Positions 12,861 to 26,678 of a stretch of 64,000 bases of DNA are shown piece by piece. The translations under genes and the position numbers were made by a program. Positions within the stretch are counted from its first letter, which is position 1; each line of letters begins with the position of its first letter. The notes beneath the pieces were generated by a model. It saw only the letters and a list, made by a program, of their open reading frames with translations, had not been told where the DNA came from and did not search any database. Source of the stretch: Octopus vulgaris (taxonomy: Eukaryota); assembly GCA_951406725.2 (NCBI GenBank), contig OX597823.1, positions 13,020,001 to 13,084,000 of the forward strand. Direction: 5' to 3'.

Positions 12861-15096
12861 AATAAATATTTCTTGTATTGACAGTATGCGAGATATGGCT
12901 TAGATGTGTACAGAATCCATGAGTTATGAAAGAGCTCAGGATTTGAAATATTTTCACGAAAAGGAAAACCAATTTTCAACGAGAAAATCTTAATATTGAA
13001 CTGATCCAAGTGTTATGTTTTTATTTGAATTAATCCGATGGGAAGAGAAACATAATTTTAAAGGTGGTATAAATTCAGATCCCGGTTGACAGATATTTTA
13101 TTTAATACGCAAAACATTTAGTCCGGTACATGGGAGTTTTCATTGTTGATTTGCTAAAGAGAGCAACTTAATGAGTTTCTACCTCTTAAAATCAATTTTA
13201 ATTAAAAATGTACGCTCCAGCCTGTGTTGATGATGAATATAAGATAACTATAACTAAAAACGTTGGTTCACGTTTTGTTCGATCATCCACTTCACTGTAA
13301 GAAGTCTCTTTGAGCAGTGAAAATTAGGGGGTACTCAGTTTTATCACTTATTTTGATATCAGATTATTATCGTTGAAGTCAAAGTTTACACAGTTATTTA
13401 ATGTTATTAATGTTATGTTAATGTAACAAAAATATACAAAAAATAGGTATAATAATGATAGCAAAAAATCCAAAGTGATTAAAGTTTTATTATCTTAAAC
13501 AGGCTCGAAGAGCGGATTAATGTGCGTTCTGTCCGTAAAGAATGCTGGTTTGTTAACGTTTGTTAAAGTTGACGTAATTTTAGTTCATGAAGTGATAAAT
13601 GTATATTATTTACAACCCTGATTAAATAGTAATAAGAGAGCTGTCACCTAACAGTATATTTCATGTGTTTCAACTCAATATTACATGATAAACTGCGAAT
13701 GCTTTAAAAGTCTACTGCAAAATTCTAATAGGGAACGTTGATAATTTCCTTTTTATTTTATTGTTCGATATGTTTGGTAAATACATGGTATGCAAAATAA
13801 TCAACTGGAGTTAACGTCGTCTGAAGTGTAATTGGAATCGAGAACTTAAATGAAGACAACTAAATAGTACAGGACATTTTTCTTGACACTTAACCATTCT
13901 TACAATGCAAACCGCATAGTGTAAATATTGTTAATCTCATATATTACAATTAATTAGGCAGGTGAATATGAAGGAAAACTGGAAAACTAATTTCAGGCTT
14001 ATATATCCAATTTGATTGAAAGTTATAGTTCTCCACTCATCAGCTTTCCTTCTAAAAAACAAGTGAGCTTGCACACCGATCTGAAGGTTTTTCTTCCTCT
14101 GAATCGAACCTGGAATATCATAATCATGTTCTTTGTCCACGGCATCTATTCTATGATTGAATAAACTGAAGCATAGTTTTGACGGAATATGGTGAGTTAT
14201 AATATTCGGACACCTCGAATATATTTTACATTCTAAACTTGTGGTTTGCTAATTGTACCTGCGTATCCTGGCCGTCATTAATGTCTGCAATTGTGATTAT
14301 TTTACAATGAATTCAAAATGATAATAGAATACTGTAAAATAGAAAAACGATTTAAAATACACACGTTCCTTTGGTCCTAAACTAAAGGTTTAAAATACAC
14401 ATGTTTCCTTTCTCTTAGAACATTTACTTGTTCTAAAATAGATATTTACTTGCTCCAGTAGAATATTTTTAGAAAGTTTTTTTACAATTCAATAATGGCT
14501 TTAATAGTTCAGCAACTAAAATTTTAGTCAGTTGCATAGAAATGATGAACAGCATAACAATGCTGAATAGACAGAAACCTTGCAGGCACTATTTAATTTG
14601 ATAATTCTTTTATTACTACGGCTTTTTGCGTCCTCAGAGAAAACGTTCGGAAAAAGATTTTCTCTCTTTGTAGTTGTTTTCTGCTACTGTTGTTTATATC
14701 TAATGCTGATTCCTGCGAGAAAAGGGGAGATGGCAGATATTTCCAGCATACGCGAATGACTGGACTTGCGATTAGTTAATGGCTGTTGCCAATGGCAGAA
14801 TAATATAAAAGCAACGACAGTTTTAACTAAAAAAGAGACATATATCTCTTGGTGTTAAGTTTAATCGTGTGATATATGTACATATTTATCAAGGGAGATA
14901 ATTCTAAAACCATTAAAGTGGTCTATTTTGCATGACACGAAGCATATAAATACACATTTGTATTTATTATAAAAGAGGCTACGTTTTATTTTATTCATGT
15001 GAAAAAATAATTATCGATCAATTATGTAGGCGAGCGTACATACGTACATACACATAGTCACTCAAACACAAACACACAACTATGTGCGTATGTATG

Positions 15097-15128
<32 letters not shown>

Positions 15129-15343
15129 TGTATGTATGTATGTATGTATGTATGTACGAATAAATACGCATATTTTGAAGTCGGTCATGACTTATAGTCA
15201 CACGACTGCTTTCATACATTTTTCTATTTCTGCAACGATCAGACAAATATCAAAAAAATATTTTTAAAAAACCTACGGATGTAAGCATTACATGGTTAAT
15301 AGGTTCTATATGCATATATTATGTATTGATCACACACGTACAA

Positions 15344-15374
<31 letters not shown>

Positions 15375-18078
15375 AGTATATACATAACGACGTTACCACG
15401 CTAATATTATTAGCACAAAAGTATAACATATTCCGAGTGTGTAATATTTAGCGAAAATGAAATCCTTGAATATATTATTTCTTCGAATATTTGCAAGACA
15501 CATTGCTCATTATACAAAACGTAGGTTGTTAATCTCAAAAATATGTAGAAGCCTAATAGCAATAACAATAAATGATGCGTGTGTTAGAGTTTATTCTTAA
15601 ATCGTATAAGAAAACCTACTTTTCTATTTCAGTCTATGAAAAATCTGGAAGCTATTTTCAATACTTAGTAAAAACTACATTCTATGTTTCAAATTCTATG
15701 ACATGTTAAATAGGAGAGTAGTTTCCAGTTTCAGTTTTTTATGTACCCGCATTATATACAAATATAAAATGTTAAAATGAACATCAATATTTGTATTTTC
15801 AGGAAAAAAGTCTTCCCTATATATTTTACACCCCACCACGTAGTCTAATATAGAAGTAACACATTGGATAATGTAAATGTATACACACTAAGGTCACTAA
15901 GATTTAGAAAAATTGGTTCAACAGGGCTAGTCTGATTTTGATCAATGTTTTTTTCGTTCAGTAATGACCTTAGAATAAAGAACAACAAAAGAAATACTGA
16001 ACTCTTATTTGACATGGTAGAATTATCAGTATAATCCTCCTCGTTAAATTTTACTATCTAAACAGCAGGAACACATTGTTAGCTATAAGAAATTTACCCC
16101 AATGATAGGTCGGTACATCATAACGAATAAATGACATAGAATGCCTGGGCAGAGAAACAAGCAACCGAAATAAGATCCAGAGCGGTGAAAATACAATGCA
16201 TTTCATTAAATATTTTCCCGTGCGTAGCTGACTTTATAATAGATAACCACAACAACATCTAGATTCTGAGAATAACTTCACTTTATTTATCACGCTGTTG
16301 AACATTATCCAGTATGAAATATTGCATGATAGCATTTTGACATTTCAAAAATTGCCTTAATACCATTGATTACGCAAGTTAACTAATTAGAAAGTCCTGT
16401 GTAATTCTTAGAAACCTTTAATTTAGGACCAAAGATGACTGGAAGCAATTTTTGGAATTTTAACAGCTATGCAGGAATCCTTCAAACACACAAAATATCA
16501 CGCTTGGTTACTGTTCTTGTGCTTAATGACATAGTAATGTGAAGAGCAGAATTTAGATGACTACATTAAGGAGTGGCAATGAAACAGATAATCAATCTAA
16601 GAAATCCCTCTATATTGCTGTATGTAATGTATATAACATCACCATTAGGAGAAATAGAAATAATTGGGATAGTAACTAGGCCAGGAAAGGAGATTATAAC
16701 AGAAGAAAATGTTCAATACAACAAAGGTAATAATAAAGGAATTGTGACCAACGTCCATCTCAAGGGAAGAAATAATACTAACATTATAAGATACTTAGTA
16801 TAGGAAGTATCCAAGATACGATATAATACCAAACTCATGGTTGAGATATTTCATAGACTCAAAACGTTCCAGCAATATTGTTTGGTAAGCTATACAAAAA
16901 TAAAACGGGAAAACCCTTCATAGCTAATTTAAGGCAATATAGTCTTAATTAATAAAACCAAGGAACGACTCTGGAAATTAACGATACATTCTTAGGTATT
17001 AACGATTTCATTTCTGCTAAAGGTGCAATAGTATATGATACTTAAAAGCACCTCAAAGAGGTGTTGTTAAGTATCATATGGTTTCAAAATTCAAATTCTG
17101 CACAACAAAATCATAAAAAGGGTATGTATAAACAAAATGAATAGGTAGGTATTGCTTATACATGCAATGTTTCCAAATCATTGGCCGGTGGATTATAATG
17201 AATAAATAGCACAGAATTCTGGTGATAGAAATTAATGACCCAACTGTAAATCACACATTTAATAAAGGGAGAATGTTCACAGGTGACTTTATTCCACCAT
17301 TTATTTCTACCTGGCGCTTAACATATTTAGCTATCATTTTAAGCTTTACTGAACTTAGCGACAAATCGAATTGGAGAATGATCGCTAATATTTTTTACAG
17401 ATGACCTCAACTTTTTATTCATAAGCAAGTAGAAACACTTTTGCACATAGTGCATAGGTTAACTCGATGAAATTAGAGAAATTAGCATAAGAACAATATA
17501 AATTTTAAAAATCTATGCTATATTAAAGAAGACATATTTAAAAATAATTTCTGTATTCTTTTTTTATAGAGAAATGGATTTAAGAGAAATAGACCATTCA
17601 AAAAATTATGAATATAAACATGCTTGAGTGAAGAATAGGTCATATATATATGGCATTTTTTGCATTTGTATATGTGTTCGTTAATAGGTTACAATTAAAA
17701 TGATCTCAGTATGTATTCCGGTAATACACTTCAGTTATAATGTATCATTGGGCTACAGGAATAGGAATGATTTGACAATGCAGGAAGAAGAAAAATAATG
17801 ACTGCATTACAGTATACCATGTAAATCGTGATGCAGAAAGTACATATTCACATCAAATAAACCCAGTTGGAGACCTTACACTACTAGAAATAGTTTTAAA
17901 AAATTCATTTGCAAATTAACTTGGTGGTATTCAAAAGCATCGCCTCTAGCGCTTAATTTTACCTTTTATCGAACAAAAGGATAAAAACTGCAATTGAACT
18001 CGTCAGTATTTTGAAACCAGCAATTAAATGCACGGTATTTTATTCAAAGTTGTAGCGGTTTTACCAATATAATCACCC

Positions 18079-18238
<160 letters not shown>

Positions 18239-18299
18239 TGGTCGAACTGAATTGCGAATAGCAACATAATAGCGGATATATACATACATACATACATAT

Positions 18300-18344
<45 letters not shown>

Positions 18345-19029
18345 TATACATACATATATATATATATACTATTTTGGAGAAAGCTTGACCGTCTGGAAAT
18401 ATTTTTGTAAATTCATGTTCCAAGAAATTTCCTATAATTTCGATTTTCGAGGTTAATTGAACTTTTAAACTCCAAATTCTTGCAAATTTAAATATTCATT
18501 GCATTCACTGCGTCCAATTCTTCATAAATTTAAATATTCATTGCATTTATTTCAGAGTAGATTGTAATGTTTAATACTAAACACCCTTAACATTCTTTGA
18601 GGGCAACATTGTACGTTTTTATTTGCAACAGTATCTCATTCTAATTCGCCTCTATTTTCATTAATGATAATTTATTGATTGCTCTATAACTTTGATACGA
18701 GACACAATTTCAAGACTATTAATAGTTTCTGGATTTTGTTAAATGAATATTTTTGATAAAATGAAAATTCTTTAATATACCGGTATAATTCTTTTTTTAG
18801 ATGAAGAAGTGAAGTTGTTGGTATAGCTACTTGGAACGTTGTAAACCTTACAATAATATGTGATCGCTGCTATTTCTAGCACGCTAAACATGATAGTTTT
18901 TAACGAGCTTTCACTTACACAATTTTATTTTTCTTATTTACTCAAAATAGCTGCATAACTTTGATACAAGGCACAATTTCAAAGAACTACAGAAATTTTA
19001 TAAAACGTATTCCACCAGTTACCAGTTAC

Positions 19030-19330
19030 CTCTGCTAGGTCAGTGGTCCGGCCCCACCAAATGTCTCGAACGCCACAGGATGGAAAATATAGCTGTCCGA
19101 CAGATCACGGACCTTCAGGATTTTGTTCCGTTTGGCCGCAGAAGCTGTGGATCTCGCCCTGGCCGTAGCATCTATGATGTGATAAGAAGTAATGGAGTCG
19201 CTAACTGTGACGTTACAGACAAGGCATCTGCGTCTTGATCAGGGGTACAGGGTGAGGGCGTCAGGTCTTTTCCCATCATATCTAGACAACCTAGATGGTT
19301 CGAAGATGGAAGGGATGTTTGTTCTGGCAT
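19030..19330 (-). pseudogene. Restriction-like endonuclease (RLE) fragment of a CRE-like non-LTR retrotransposon
   Basis: Manual minus-strand translation ARTNIPSIFEPSRLSRYDGKRPDALTLYP*SRRRCLVCNVTVSDS...AAKRNKILK..LSDSYIFHPVAFETFGGAG fits the EP..L.R.DGKRPDG...PW..G..L.WD.T / F.P.A.ET.G pattern; in-frame stops. Confidence 0.75.
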
Positions 19331-19391
19331 TTACATCTTCTATTTTTCCTATATATGTATACATATATGAAAGAGGCCCCTGGTATATATA

Positions 19392-19605
19392 TTTGTATGT
19401 GTGTCTGTGTTTGTACCACCACCACCGCTTGACGACCGATGTTGGTGTGTTTACGTTCCTGTATCCTAGTGGTTCGGGAAAAGAGACCGACAGAATAAGT
19501 ATTAGGCTAACAAAGAATAAGTCCTAGGGTTGAACTGTTCGATTAAAGCCGGTGCTGCAGCATAGCCGTAGTCAAAAGACTGTAACAAATAAAAACAATA
19601 AAAGA
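19392..19605 (+). mobile_element. SINE family A, 3' half
   Basis: GAGACCGACAGAATAAGTATTAGGC..GAATAAGTCC..GGTGCTGCAGCAT tail. Confidence 0.75.
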
Positions 19606-19830
19606 ATACATACGTACATACAAATATATATATGTGTATATATATTTTTTTCTCACCTATATATATATATAGAGAGAGAGAGAGAGACAAACAAAAACAA
19701 CGGTAGATTCACTTTAACATTTAAAGGATTTGTGTGTTTTTAAATGGCTTATAAACAACATCTACGCTGTTTTTTTATGTTCCAGCATACGGTCTCAGAT
19801 CAAGTCACATGCTATGGAAGTACAACTTCC

Positions 19831-19870
<40 letters not shown>

Positions 19871-20426
19871 AAAATAGTAAAGAGTGAAAAAACGACAGAA
19901 GGCTTAAATGTTAAAAAATATATATATTTGCGTCAAAATATCTGGAGAACATTGGAAAAATTTTTTCCTCCTTAAAATGACATAATTTTATAATTTTTAA
20001 AGAAATACCGGTTTCGCAGTTAGCTCTTCAAATTTCTTGTGACTTAATGTTTATTTTTAATAACGTAATCCTTGTATTTTTGCTACGGAGAGTTCTAAAT
20101 AAGGGAAAGTAGTGAGTGATTTCTTCCGGTGTAAGGGAGATAATCGCTTAAAATTTTTTTTCCTTTAGTGTGAATTTCTCTGTATTATTGAGTTCGGATA
20201 GTTGAGTCTGGGTTTGTACTTTTCAATGAAGAATGTTTCCTTATTTAGTCTAATTTGTGATGATGATCCGAAAGCACATTGGTAAAATGGAAAGATTAAA
20301 AATTGTGGTTGTAGTTGCTTTGCACATTTCTCAATGTGCTCACTAAAAGGTATCATTCTATATTCTGGGAATGCAATCTGTTGTCGATGCAGTGTGCATC
20401 TACGTCTGAGTGATAGTCCCGTGGAT

Positions 20427-20880
20427 TCTCACAAAGGCAAAATTGTCTTCTAAAATTACGGATGCAAAAGTAAAAAAATGTGGTAGATCGAACTGTGCAA
20501 CATGTCCTAACCTATTGGAAGGATCAGAGTTCTTCTTTAAAGAGGGACAGAAATTCAAGATCAAATCTAACTTTACTTGTGCCTCTAAAAACATAATTTA
20601 TGTCATTAAATGCTCGGGCTGCCACCAAGACTACGTGGGATCCACGGGACTATCACTCAGACGTAGATGCACACTGCATCGACAACAGATTGCATTCCCA
20701 GAATATAGAATGATACCTTTTAGTGAGCACATTGAGAAATGCGCAAAGCAACTACAACCACAATTTTTAATCTTTCCATTTTACCAATGTGCTTTCGGAT
20801 CATCATCACAAATTAGACTAAATAAGGAAACATTCTTCATTGAAAAGTACAAACCCAGACTCAACTATCCGAACTCATAA
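20427..20880 (+). CDS. PLE GIY-YIG endonuclease domain (C-terminal part of the PLE polyprotein; RT missing)
   Basis: KCGRSNCATC Cys cluster; FTCASKNIIYVIKCSGCHQDYVGST.LSLRRR..LH; H in FSEHIEKC; RLNKETFFIEKYKPRLN (catalytic E and terminal LN). Uninterrupted to TAA at 20878-20880. The first codons of the tracked ORF (20410-20426) belong to the inverted arm. Confidence 0.88.
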
Positions 20881-21028
20881 TACAGAGAAATTCACACTAA
20901 AGGAAAAAAATTTTTTTAAGCGATTATCTCCCTTACACCGGAAGAAATCACTCACTACTTTCCCTTATTTAGAACTATCCGTAGCAAAAATACAAGGATT
21001 ACGTTATTAAAAATAAACATTAAGTCAC

Positions 21029-21067
21029 AAGAAATTTGAAGAGCTAACTGCGAAACCGGTATTTCTT
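21029..21067 (+). ncRNA. Minimal hammerhead-ribozyme-like motif in the PLE 3' repeat (mirror copy at 20000-20038 on -)
   Basis: AAGAAA-T-TTGAAGA-GC-taact-GC-GAAAC-CG-GTA-TTTCTT: stem I AAGAAA/TTTCTT, core UUGAAGA..GAAA, palindromic stem III ACCGGT, GUA cleavage triplet. Confidence 0.65.
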
Positions 21068-21239
21068 TAAAAATTATAAAATTATGTCATTTTAAGGAGG
21101 AAAAAAATTTTTCCAATATTCTCCAGACATTTTGACGCAAATATATATATTTTTTAACATTTAAGCCTTCTGTCGTTTTTTCACTCTTTACTATTTTCTT
21201 ATATATTCACCCACGTGCTTTACCAAACAAACTTTCTTA

Positions 21240-21274
<35 letters not shown>

Positions 21275-23279
21275 TACATTCCTTCTCAAGCTAACACATA
21301 TGAAACCCATAATGTGGGCATACGAGTTATGGTAAAGAAAAGTGCATTGAGAATGCACATAACTCCTAAAATATGAATGAGTATAAAGTGATTTCATAAT
21401 ATACAATGTAACGGTGCCTGGAAGGTAAATAGAATACATATTATACAAACAATAGATCTCCAAACAATCTAGTTCAGTCAAATAAGTGAGAGCATTACCG
21501 CTGAATCTCCCACCTAAGCATATATTCCGCAATAGAAAGGAAACAGTGCAACAGAAACGGAGATGCAGAAAATGATGAACCATGGAAACAAAATGAAAAT
21601 ATTACATAACCCACTATCTTCAAAATAAGCCTTACAGTAAAATAAGAATTGGTGTAATGTGAAGAGAGTAAAGACTAAAATAAGGCTCGAAATATATATA
21701 TACATCTCTGATAATAATCAACGAATATAGTGCCGCAATTAAGATATAACCTTGTTCTCACTTTTAAACATAAAAAGAGTACAGAGTATAAGAGGGAGAG
21801 AACATGCGAGGAACAATATATAAAACTACTGTACGTTTCATATGTAACTTGATGAATCCAAGGTTATGTTATACACTGAGAGGCTGCTCCTCGAAAAACA
21901 TGCTTTCACACGGAAACAAATTTCAATTTCGAGCGAGTGTGTAAACTAAGCTATTCGGTTTGTGTCATAAAAACGAAGGTAAACAATAAGTCTTTAATCG
22001 AGAAATAAGAACAGAATCTAGAAGGGAAATACGTACATAGACTTTTAAAAATTGATACGCTTTAAGATATATTTTGTGTTAGCGAAAAAGGAACGAAATA
22101 CCAAATGTAAAGTATAGAGAGAGTAGCTTCACATAAATAAACCAATCTGGAAGTACAAGAATGCATGTAAATATTATCATGCAGAGAAACACGCTTCTCT
22201 ATCTGTGGATTCTTCTTTAGAAGTTGTTTAGATTAAATACCAAATTGTTTTACTGGAACATTAAAGAACAACTAACATTGGATTATATTGCAATGTCAAC
22301 AGTAGTCAATGCATATTTGAAGATATAAAACCAAAGGACCCACCACAAACGAGAACAAAACATCGGAGCTGAAAGAGATTCGGAAACTTCAATGACACAC
22401 TAAACATATACTGGTATAACTAGAAGACCATTAAGCAACCCAGTAAAAGCATAAAGCAAATGAGAGACATGAAAAGACTCCAATTTCAGATCGAAATACC
22501 CAATGAGAATTCCCAAATCTGTATCAATGATATTCAATTAATTCTAATGATTCCGCCAGGCAAAACATAATATAGTTCCAAAACTACAGGAATATAACAT
22601 TACAAAGCCTTTACATCTTTACAAGTTGACTACTCATTTGGAAGATAATAAAACACTACTAGAGGAACGAAAGGTCGTGAGAAAGAGGTTTATGCGTGTA
22701 TAAATCAGTTACTGGGTAATCTAGCTATCTTTGAAACAGAAAAAAACTGAATAAGTTTATTTTAGAATTGCATGGTTTGATTACGGAAAAGGACGTGATA
22801 ACGTAAGGGTCTCTTACATATTGGAGATAATCACAGAAATAAATCATCGGCATTACTAGCATAAAGTATCAACCATATTAATAACGTATTACATGAACTT
22901 CGCCATAGGAAAAGAAAAAAATGACAGGAAGGAAAATATAGCCTTTTCTCTTCTGTTTTACTTTAAAAAAATCTGCTGACTGACTCGATTCAGCGATAGT
23001 TTTTAATGCAACGAACAAACAATAAAACTGCCCTCTCTAAAACTATTTATGATCTATGATTTACAGTATCCCTCCGAAAATGTTTAGTCACATCGTTCAA
23101 ATTCACTGACAATATAAAAATGAACGTGCGATTCGATAAATGTTCCATAACTAATTTAAGATTATATTAAATCAGATATTGACACTCAAAGTTAACAACT
23201 GGAATCGAATTACTCTTTCAAATACTTGCAGTATACGATTCCATCAATTAACTATCTCGGAGTTAAACTATAAATTTTG

Positions 23280-23490
23280 GCAATTTGGCACAAGGCCAGC
23301 AATTTCGGGAGAGAGGATAAGTCGATTACATCAACACTGGTGCTCGAATGGTACTTACTTTATCAACCTCAAAAGGATGAAAGACAACATAGACCTCGGT
23401 GGAATTTGAACTCAGAACGTAAAGACGGATGAAATGTCGCTAAGCATTTTCCCCCGGAATGCTAACAATTTTGCCAGCTCGCTGCCTTAA
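23280..23490 (-). mobile_element. SINE family B, diverged
   Basis: Reverse complement of AAGGCAGCGAGCTGGC..GAGTTCAAATTCCACCGAGG..CTTTCATCCTTT. Confidence 0.75.
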
Positions 23491-23623
23491 GTTAAACTCA
23501 TATTTTAGAAAATAATTAAATACAGTGATGCTAATGCAATAATGGTACGAAATACATTAGACATATCAAAAACTAATTTAAAGCAATTTAAATATATCAA
23601 AGAGGCACTATCCTGAAAAAATA

Positions 23624-24182
23624 TTGGGTTGTCCGGAAAGTTCCTGCCGTTTTTAAAAGGAAATAGGTCAATAAATACTTGCCATTACATTTTTAATCAA
23701 CCAAATATGAACCATTTTGTTCCACAATGCGTCTCCATCTTTCCTTTAACTTGAAAATACCTTCTTCCCAGAATTGAGGTGGTTTCACGGCAAAAAGTTC
23801 AAGATATCTTTTTACGTCATCCAAGGAATTGAAATTTTTACAATTAAGACTATTCTGCAGAGACCTGAATAAGTGGAAATCCGAAGGAGCAATATCTAGT
23901 GAATATGGAAGTTGGGGTAACACATCCCAGCCGAGCTGCAGCAATTTTTGTCTGGTTCCCAAAGCATCAAGTGCCGAAAATGAACTTTCTTATCTTCCAT
24001 TTTAAAGAGTTACAGAATTAACACATGTTATAGGAACATAAACCTTCTTCCACAAAAAGATAGCTTAAACTGTGCTCTAAATGGAGGTGTAGACAAATCT
24101 TATTTTATTGACTCAACTATTTTCTAAAATAAGTCGCAAGGTAAGCTACTATAAATCGGCACGAACTTTCCGGACAACCCAA
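23624..24182 (-). mobile_element. Internally deleted mariner (Tc1/mariner) transposon
   Basis: TIRs TTGGGTTGTCCGGAAAGTTC / GAACTTTCCGGACAACCCAA; TA on both sides; transposase N-terminus MEDKKVHFRHLMLWE (ATG at 24000) fused to C-terminus LGWDVLPQLPYSLDIAPSDFHLFRSLQNSL..FWEEGIFKLKERW. Confidence 0.92.
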
Positions 24183-25215
24183 TATATCGAACCATCATAA
24201 ATGGAGGGTGTAGCTTGATACATATAGAAACATCTAATAATTCAACAATACCACAACTAAGTGTAGAAAAATATTTAGAAGGAAGTAAATTCTGCCAACT
24301 AAACACAAATCTACATAGTTCGCAAAAAGTTACCTTTTTACAGCTAAAAGGGTTACAGACACTCTTTTATTATTTTGCTTCTATACTGAGGTGAATTTAT
24401 GGGTAGTGACATATCTAATAATTTCATCCTGCTTCTTGGCTCAGTGTTGGGTTTTAAAAGTGATGTATACTATATCACACCCTTAATCCTTGCAATTAAT
24501 AGATTTTTACACGAGATTTTATGATGTGCTTGTTGTAGTTACTACTTCAAAAATAATTCGATTCCACAACCAACGTTTTTAAAATACAGTTGCATAATAC
24601 CTTCTTTACTCTTGCTTCGTTTAGAAGCAGTCGCAAAAAAGAATACTATTATGGAAAATTTTCTTAATTACCTTATACGGAGAATTGGGTTATATCCAAA
24701 AAGCCATTTGTGTTGCAGTCGATGTAAGATTAACACTAATACGGCCAAAGTATGTGCAATTTAAACTACCTGGATTCTTGCAAGTGTCTCCATGGTAATA
24801 CTTGTTGCTATGATTCTCTTCAAAGCAATTTGTTAGACTATTTGGAATACATTTACGATAAGCAGTTTATTATGATATTTATAATTTTGGTCATTTTTGT
24901 TAATTCAGTGATACAATGATTTTATATATTTTTCACCTTGTTTGTTCTTTCAATATTTTGTCTTCGGCCGTAAATGTGTCGCGTAGATATTTTAACATGA
25001 AGTATATCCAACATGTGTAAGGAAATAAAATAAAATCCATAAAAACAATATTTTCTTTTTTTTTTTTTTGTCTTCGGCCAGATAACGAGGGGAAATCAGG
25101 TGTAATAATATATGACAATCACTCCAAATAGATATACATCTAGTAATACTATATATACGGTTGGGCTTTAGAGAGACTTGTCAATGGCTCGAGAGCCTGT
25201 AATAATTATAATAAT

Positions 25216-25279
<64 letters not shown>

Positions 25280-25510
25280 GGGACCTTTTGAGCGGGATGG
25301 GCTACTCAACCTGAAGAAAATTCTAACTGGGCCCCACCTGCAAGGTCATGTGCTGTTTATCTTGATATGAGATCACCATGTCGCGCACATATGGTTGTGA
25401 TGCATGTGCCTGGTGTACCCTTATCAGACGGGTAGTCATGATGGGTATATTGGACTTCGTATATTTTACCCCAGTGTCACTTTGATGGCATGAACTGCTC
25501 TCTCACTCAA
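25280..25510 (+). mobile_element. Probable retroposon 3' fragment embedded in (AAT)n
   Basis: GC-richer 230-bp block ending CTCTCTCACTC directly into an (AAT)n tail, with (AAT)n also upstream. Confidence 0.5.
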
Positions 25511-25526
25511 TAATAATAATAATAAT

Positions 25527-25967
25527 ATGGAATGACCAAAAAAAAAAGGAACTGAAAATTATTTAAGAATGATCCTTGGCTTGCCATCCATGCAGGAAAG
25601 TGCAAAAGATTTTCTAAACTTATACGTCACGCTGTGACTTTTCTTTCTATTTTTCCCCTTTATTTTCTTCGTTTACTTTTTCATGTTTCATTTCTTATTC
25701 CTATTTCTATCTCCCCTATAACATGACTTTATAAATGAACAATCTGGTGTCTTTATTTTTAATGGCCTATCAATGTATATCAAAGTGCGTTTCTCTGACC
25801 TAGGTGTCAGGATGACACTCGACAAGAAATGGAAACAGAATTGAAGAAAGATGATAATTAAAATAGTGTGGATAACAACAAAACCAACATCAACAGCAAC
25901 ACCACCACCACCACCAATAACAACAACAATGACAATAATAATAATAATAATAATTGTAATAATAATA

Positions 25968-26033
<66 letters not shown>

Positions 26034-26180
26034 GCAATAATAATAATATTTATTTACTAATTTTTTTAGATACATATTTTACCTGTGAATTTGCATGTGT
26101 AATCTGGGAATGCATACGATGAGCTTCTCTGCCCTAGGTGTACAGAAAACACTCGGCGAGAAATGGAAGAAAATAATAAT
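25527..26180 (+). mobile_element. Degraded R4/Dong-like LINE 3' fragments
   Basis: GMTKKKGTENYLRMILGLPSMQE.VQKI at 25527-25615; 3'UTR motifs TTCTCTG(A/C)CCTAGGTGT..ACACTCG at 25790-25850 and 26085-26180, shared with 33130-33636. Confidence 0.6.
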
Positions 26181-26678
26181 AATATTAGATATATAAATAT
26201 AAGAAAGTTTATAAGTTAAATAAGAAATGAAGAGTACGAAGAAATAAATAGATTTCCATGAATTGTTCAAACGTGTCATCGATGAAAGTGCTTCGAAAGA
26301 CCCATTAAGCCAGATTAGCTGCAACCCTTCCAGTTAAAGCAAGTAAAGCTGAAGTGACATGCGATCTTTCTGCGCATAAAACTGGTGTGTGAATGAAAAG
26401 ATATTGTAACACGTGCAAACAATTCGGATGAAGGAAATTACAAAAGTGATGAACTATGGAGATGAAGAAGGGACGGAATATTAATAAATAATATATCGCA
26501 TGAAGAACGAAATATAAAGTATTTGATGGGGATTTCCGCACTGAATTGCAATACTTTCGATATTAAAATTTTATATCAACGATGAAACAGCTTTCTGGTA
26601 TAACAGACAAATACTCTTAAGATAGATCTCGGAGAAACTAATATAACTAATATGCATAAATTATAACTAATACGTATT

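Larger units (their letters stand above)
19863..21241 (+). mobile_element. 5'-truncated Penelope-like element (Neptune-type) with inverted duplication of its 3' end, within (TA)n
   Basis: 19863-20426 is the reverse complement of 20640-21205 with only a few mismatches; contains the GIY-YIG ORF; TA runs on both flanks. Confidence 0.9.

Noticed and set aside
13937-14180. Non-repetitive minus-strand ORF (RIDAVDKEHDYDIPGSIQ..)
   Set aside because: Short, no recognisable domain or convincing splice signals
16150-17100. Possible very old L1/Tx1-like RT relic (e.g. LETFNLGPK); similar A-rich tract at 21900-22900
   Set aside because: Motifs too decayed to support by eye; needs a translated HMM search
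20165-20356. Second 'gene' identical to the GIY-YIG C-terminus
   Set aside because: It is only the inverted arm of the PLE duplication
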